Of a stretch of 63,327 nucleotides of DNA, positions 60,848 to 63,327 are shown in pieces. Positions within the stretch are counted from its first letter, which is position 1, and each line of letters begins with the position of its first letter. Under the pieces are notes generated by a model. It did no database searches, was not told the DNA's origin, and saw nothing but the letters and a program-made list of their open reading frames with translations. The stretch is taken from IMG/VR virus record IMGVR_UViG_3300034523_000087; one strand, written 5' to 3'. The stretch comes from a virus. Both the position numbers and the translations under genes were made by a program.

Positions 60848-62793
60848 ATCCCCTGGATGTCTTTGATGCGAGGCGCGATCATCGTTCCGCAGTACCGAGC
60901 ACCAGACGCTGAGCCGTAGTTGGCGATCTTATCCCAAGTCGCCCCCGAGTCGTAGCTAATGTAGGTGAAGCCGTGTTCAGGTCCAGGCTCCCCGGCAAAT
61001 TGTGCTTTCCCGCCGATGGAGAACAGCACCGTGGCGTCAATCAGTACCTCTTCAGTGTTCTCGTCGACGACTTGCTTCACTGGCGCGTCCATCAGCCCAG
61101 TGTAGTACCAGTCACGCACGCCGTTCTTCAATTCCTCTTCGACTACGCCGGCCAGCTCCAAGGTGTTCTTGTTCACGTCGTACACAGCCATCGCCATGTT
61201 CCCGTCGATGAAACCGATGTCCTCGTTTTCCTGGAATTCCGAAGTCACCGGGAACAGGAATTTCCCCGCGCCTATGTGCAGGATGTTCCCGTACATGGAG
61301 TTACGGAACCAGTTGCACGGGCGGAACGGGACCATCTGGCTGAACGGAATACTCACGCCGTCCTTGGTCGCCACCACGATGTCGATACTCACGTTCGGTC
61401 CGATGTTCCCGTTCGGGTCATGGATGAAGTCGCTACTGAAAAACACGCACACGGCATTCGTGCCGTCCGAATCAGCTCCGTAGATGTACTGCATGTCGTG
61501 CGGTACACCAGAGAACGTATCGATAGTTCCCTTGGTCGGCCCGGCCACCGTTTCCCTTCGAACGATGGTGCCGAACTGGTTCACCCAGGCGCAGTCTACG
61601 GACCAATACGGCGTACTGATCCCGCCATTCGGATCGCTCGGCGGATCGGTCTGGTTGATGCTGAAGGAATCGAACAGCACGCTGTCACCTGTGTCGAGCA
61701 GCGCCAAGCCGGACGGGAAATGCGAGTTCGCCATGTAGCGCTCGGAATCCCCGTTGATGATCTTCCACGGACGGCGGTACTGATCAGCTTCCTGCCTGGA
61801 ATCGATCACGCTGCTACCGACGAGCAGCGCCGTGCCATCCTGCTGGATCTGCAAGCTGGCGATCCACAAGCCGCGCGCGCCGTATCGATCTTCATCGTCA
61901 ACCATGTCGAAGACAGCGTGCGCCACCAGCAGTACACGGTAGAACAAGCCGATGTCTTCGTCGTTCCCATGCCCGATCGTGAGGCCGCGGGACCACGGAT
62001 ACTGCGCGTTGTTGAACGTGGTGGCCGCCGGGCTGGTAGGGTCATACGGCGGTGGGTTCACGCGTTTGCTGAACGGCATCACGTTGTTCGCGTCGAGCAT
62101 GATCGAGTCAGAGACACGCATGGACCACGGCTGTGTCTTCGGCGCATCCTCGCCGGGGTAGTTGCCGTCCGACTCGATCCACCCAGTTCCCGTTTCGGCG
62201 TTGGCGGTGTACGTGGCACGCATGAACGACGGCGCAAGTACAGGCATGTCGTAGAAGAACGTGTCCGCGCGCGACACGAACGCGAACGGGTTCACGTCAA
62301 AGACCTGCGGCATGTTCAGGTAGTTTTCGAGGTGAATGATTCCGTAGTCAGGCAACGCGAACGCGCTCGGCCGTACAAGGCTGCCGGTGGCGACGCTCTG
62401 CGAGAACGTCCCCAGCTCCATCACTCTGTAGCCGCGCGTCCCCATGTGGCTAGGTAGCAGCTCCTGCACCACGATTTGCTCCGGCGGTTGCTTCAAGGGC
62501 TTGAGGAACGAATCCCTTCCGAGCGGGAGGCGGATCAGCGGATGGTGAGTCTGCGCGCGGGACGTGCCGTTGTACGGGTTACCGCACACCACGACGTAGG
62601 CTTCGGTGTCGAGCACCATAGCAGTGCCGAGCATGTTGCTGCGCACGCCGCGAACAATATACCCGTCGATGATCTCGACCTTGGTGGCGTACTTCATGGG
62701 GAGGTTGCCGAGAGACTGGGCCAGTTTCTCGGCGCGCTTCACGAGGTAGGTGCCGGAAATCGTAACCGGCTTCTTTGCGATGGTCAGGCGCAT
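60844..62793 (-). CDS. large virion structural protein (649 aa) with one Asp-box
   Basis: Track ORF; SYDSGATW near the C-terminus; tail/nozzle candidate by size and position only. Confidence 0.8.
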   Translation of the reverse strand: MRLTIAKKPVTISGTYLVKRAEKLAQSLGNLPMKYATKVEIIDGYIVRGVRSNMLGTAMVLDTEAYVVVCGNPYNGTSRAQTHHPLIRLPLGRDSFLKPLKQPPEQIVVQELLPSHMGTRGYRVMELGTFSQSVATGSLVRPSAFALPDYGIIHLENYLNMPQVFDVNPFAFVSRADTFFYDMPVLAPSFMRATYTANAETGTGWIESDGNYPGEDAPKTQPWSMRVSDSIMLDANNVMPFSKRVNPPPYDPTSPAATTFNNAQYPWSRGLTIGHGNDEDIGLFYRVLLVAHAVFDMVDDEDRYGARGLWIASLQIQQDGTALLVGSSVIDSRQEADQYRRPWKIINGDSERYMANSHFPSGLALLDTGDSVLFDSFSINQTDPPSDPNGGISTPYWSVDCAWVNQFGTIVRRETVAGPTKGTIDTFSGVPHDMQYIYGADSDGTNAVCVFFSSDFIHDPNGNIGPNVSIDIVVATKDGVSIPFSQMVPFRPCNWFRNSMYGNILHIGAGKFLFPVTSEFQENEDIGFIDGNMAMAVYDVNKNTLELAGVVEEELKNGVRDWYYTGLMDAPVKQVVDENTEEVLIDATVLFSIGGKAQFAGEPGPEHGFTYISYDSGATWDKIANYGSASGARYCGTMIAPRIKDIQGI

Positions 62794-63327
62794 CAGTTCC
62801 TCCGATGGATTCTGCGGGAGGAAACCCCGACCTCCACTTCGATGTTGTCCAGATCCGCGAACGAAGCGTCTTCGACTTCCAGGCGAAGCCTCCAGTGGCG
62901 AGCAGCGACGCCTTTCGCAACACCGTCCGGCGTGCGGAACTCAGGACTTTCGCCGGCAAGGGTGTACACGCGCTCTTCGCCGTCGTCACCAGTGATACGG
63001 AAGTACACCCGTCCGTCAGTAGTGATGCCAGCGTACGCGCTGGACAGGCGTTTCGTGTTCTTGACGCCGTAGTCGTCAGCGCCGAAGTCGATCAACGCGC
63101 GCAGCATTTCCCCGTCGTCAGTCTCACCTTCGAGGCGATACAGGCCGTCGTTCTTGATCCCGAACGTGTCATTACCCACGCGGGCAAAGCCGGTGAAGCT
63201 GAAATTCTGGTAGGTGGTCAGCGCGCCGGTCAGCACGTTGACGGCGTACTGGAGCGCAGTCTCCCGCGCGGTGCTGATGTTCGAGTAGACCGCCAGCCCG
63301 TCGCGCATCATCAGTTCGATGGTGCTT
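62793..63327 (-). CDS. C-terminal part of the junction-spanning ~620-aa virion protein (same gene as 1..1455)
   Basis: Track ORF 62793..63311 begins at an internal Met; the frame stays open to 63327, and 63201..63327 duplicates 1..127. Total 1863 nt is divisible by 3. Confidence 0.8.
   Translation of the reverse strand, partial: STIELMMRDGLAVYSNISTARETALQYAVNVLTGALTTYQNFSFTGFARVGNDTFGIKNDGLYRLEGETDDGEMLRALIDFGADDYGVKNTKRLSSAYAGITTDGRVYFRITGDDGEERVYTLAGESPEFRTPDGVAKGVAARHWRLRLEVEDASFADLDNIEVEVGVSSRRIHRRN
63201..63327. repeat. terminal overlap, identical to 1..127
   Basis: Same 127-nt string as the window start; lies inside a coding region. Confidence 0.95.

Noticed and set aside
62793-63311. 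Stand-alone 172-aa gene
   Set aside because: Its Met is internal. The frame stays open upstream through the junction to ATG 1455.
1-63327. Prophage or lysogeny functions (integrase, CI-like repressor, att sites)
   Set aside because: No ORF shows tyrosine- or serine-recombinase motifs, and there is no divergent repressor/cro pair. The contig closes on itself without host flanks.

Overview
The window is a complete, circularly closed assembly of a high-GC tailed dsDNA phage. Bases 1-127 are identical to 63201-63327, giving a unique length of 63,200 bp, and one virion gene reads straight across that junction.

Gene layout:
- Rightward early/middle arm, + strand, 15934-46127, about 56 tightly packed genes. 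It includes an AEP primase-SF3 helicase, a family-A DNA polymerase, an SNF2-type helicase, Cas4-like and VRR-NUC-like nucleases, a DnaQ-like exonuclease and an HNH endonuclease. It also carries a classical AAA ATPase, a pentapeptide-repeat protein and many small Zn-ribbon proteins.
- Leftward late arm, - strand, 15565->1 and 63327->46213. It encodes TerS, TerL, portal, scaffold and capsid, then a lysis cassette of two holin-like genes, overlapping spanins and a GH19 endolysin. After that come Asp-box proteins, ejection-type proteins of 809 and 2116 aa, and a tail-fibre cassette.

I recognised no tape-measure, tube or sheath gene, so the virion looks podovirus-like (inference). I also saw no integrase or repressor, tRNA, rRNA, CRISPR array, or recognisable phage RNA polymerase or sigma factor. 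The spanins imply a Gram-negative host.

The most unusual signal is noncoding. The only two long intergenic gaps (18069-18746 and 49295-49860) carry the same composite, AT-rich module in the same orientation, almost exactly opposite each other on the circle. Each is packed with a 9-bp iteron, TGT(C/T)ACGA(T/A), conserved hairpins, and a ~40-nt box (GTGGCACTAAGGCTCCAG..TGTYACGAAATTTT) that always points at the downstream genes. I read this as either a bipartite ori/crr-like origin, a phage-specific promoter/operator system, or both. It needs experimental testing.

All protein calls rest on motif recognition and gene context only; no database search was possible. Coordinates of short elements were indexed by hand and may be off by a base or two.
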